DNA of 50,461 bases from Octopus sinensis (lineage: Eukaryota). Made by a program: the position numbers and the translations under genes. Shown in pieces: positions 49,540 through 50,461 of this stretch (the first letter of the stretch is position 1; every line of letters begins with the position of its first letter). Where the stretch lies: NCBI RefSeq assembly GCF_006345805.1, contig NW_021834257.1, positions 1-50,461 of the forward strand, given 5' to 3'. The notes below the pieces were generated by a model. It worked only from the letters and a program-made list of their open reading frames with translations, made no database searches and was not told the DNA's origin.

Positions 49540-50020
49540 TTTATGTATGTGCGTATGAATATATGTATGTATGAATGTATGTATGTATGTATGTATGTAT
49601 GGCATGTATGAATATATGTATTATGTTTTTATGTATGTATATATGTATGTATGTGAATATATGTATGTGTATGTATATATTTATGTATATATTTAAGCAT
49701 GTATATATGTATGTATGTATGTATGAATGAATATATGTATGTGTGAATGTATGTGTGTATGAATATGTGTATGTAAGCATGAATATATGTATGTATATAT
49801 GTATGTATGTGTGTGGATGTATGTGTATAGATGTATGTATATATGTATGTGTGTGAATGTATGCATGTATGTATGTATATATGTATGTGTGTATGTATGT
49901 ATGAATATATGTATATATGTATGTATGAATGCATGTTTGTATGAATATATGTATATAAGTATGAGTGTATGTATGAGCATATGTATGTATGTATGCATGT
50001 GTGTATTTTTCTGTGTATGT
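49540..50020. repeat. (ATGT)n-derived degenerate microsatellite
   Basis: Directly visible. Confidence 0.93.
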
Positions 50021-50023
50021 AAT

Positions 50024-50188
50024 AGGCACAGCAGTGGCTGTGTGGTAATTAGTTTGCTTACCAACGACAGGGTTCTGGAGTCAGTTCCACTGCATGGCAA
50101 TTTTGGCAAGTGTCTTCTACTATATCCTCGGGCCGACTAAACCTTGTTAATGGATATGGTAGACAAAATCTGAAGGAAGCCAGTCGTA
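50024..50188 (+). mobile_element. SINE-B 5' half
   Basis: aggcacagcagtggctgtgtggtaa...ttggcaagtgtcttctactatatcctcgggccgac. Confidence 0.85.
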
Positions 50189-50461
50189 TATATAATGTCA
50201 TGTCTTCGCTATGTTCGCTAACATAATGAAGAATGACACGATATAGGTAAAGAAAGTTGAGAAATTTGAAAAGAAAATACGAAACTTGTTATTTCTCCCA
50301 AACTATGTTACTATACGCAAAATTTTATAACATTTTTCTAACATAACTATTTAAATATATTCTTTAAACATATAACACAAGCCTTCTGCAGTTGTTTCAC
50401 TCTTTTTTACCTTTCATACATCCAACCACGTGCTTTCACATACCAGCTTTCTCACCTATAT

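Overview
Eukaryotic, AT-rich, repeat-saturated DNA. The microsatellite load and the recurring tRNA-derived SINE families suggest a cephalopod, probably Octopus (inference, not verified). No intact host protein-coding gene is recognisable, and most ORFs in the track are microsatellite artefacts. Supportable content: many SINE copies (four families, here called A-D), several with clear target-site duplications and nested insertions; decayed non-LTR retrotransposons (RTE, R4/Dong, CR1-like, CRE-like RLE, Penelope-like with GIY-YIG); four Tc1/mariner elements; two non-autonomous Helitrons; and a possible decayed Toll-like receptor gene. The main hidden signal is a set of about 13 hammerhead-ribozyme-like motifs at 8 loci, from several unrelated short repeat families. 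They occur as head-to-head inverted pairs (6.7-7.1, 12.8-13.0, 22.2-22.3, 37.0-37.4 kb), a 550-bp tandem pair (18.0-19.0 kb) and solo copies (10.7, 22.9, 36.8 kb). Several show compensatory stem changes or variant cores. This fits a population of ribozyme-bearing, non-autonomous Penelope-like or retrozyme-like mini-elements. All structures were folded by eye; none was computed or tested.
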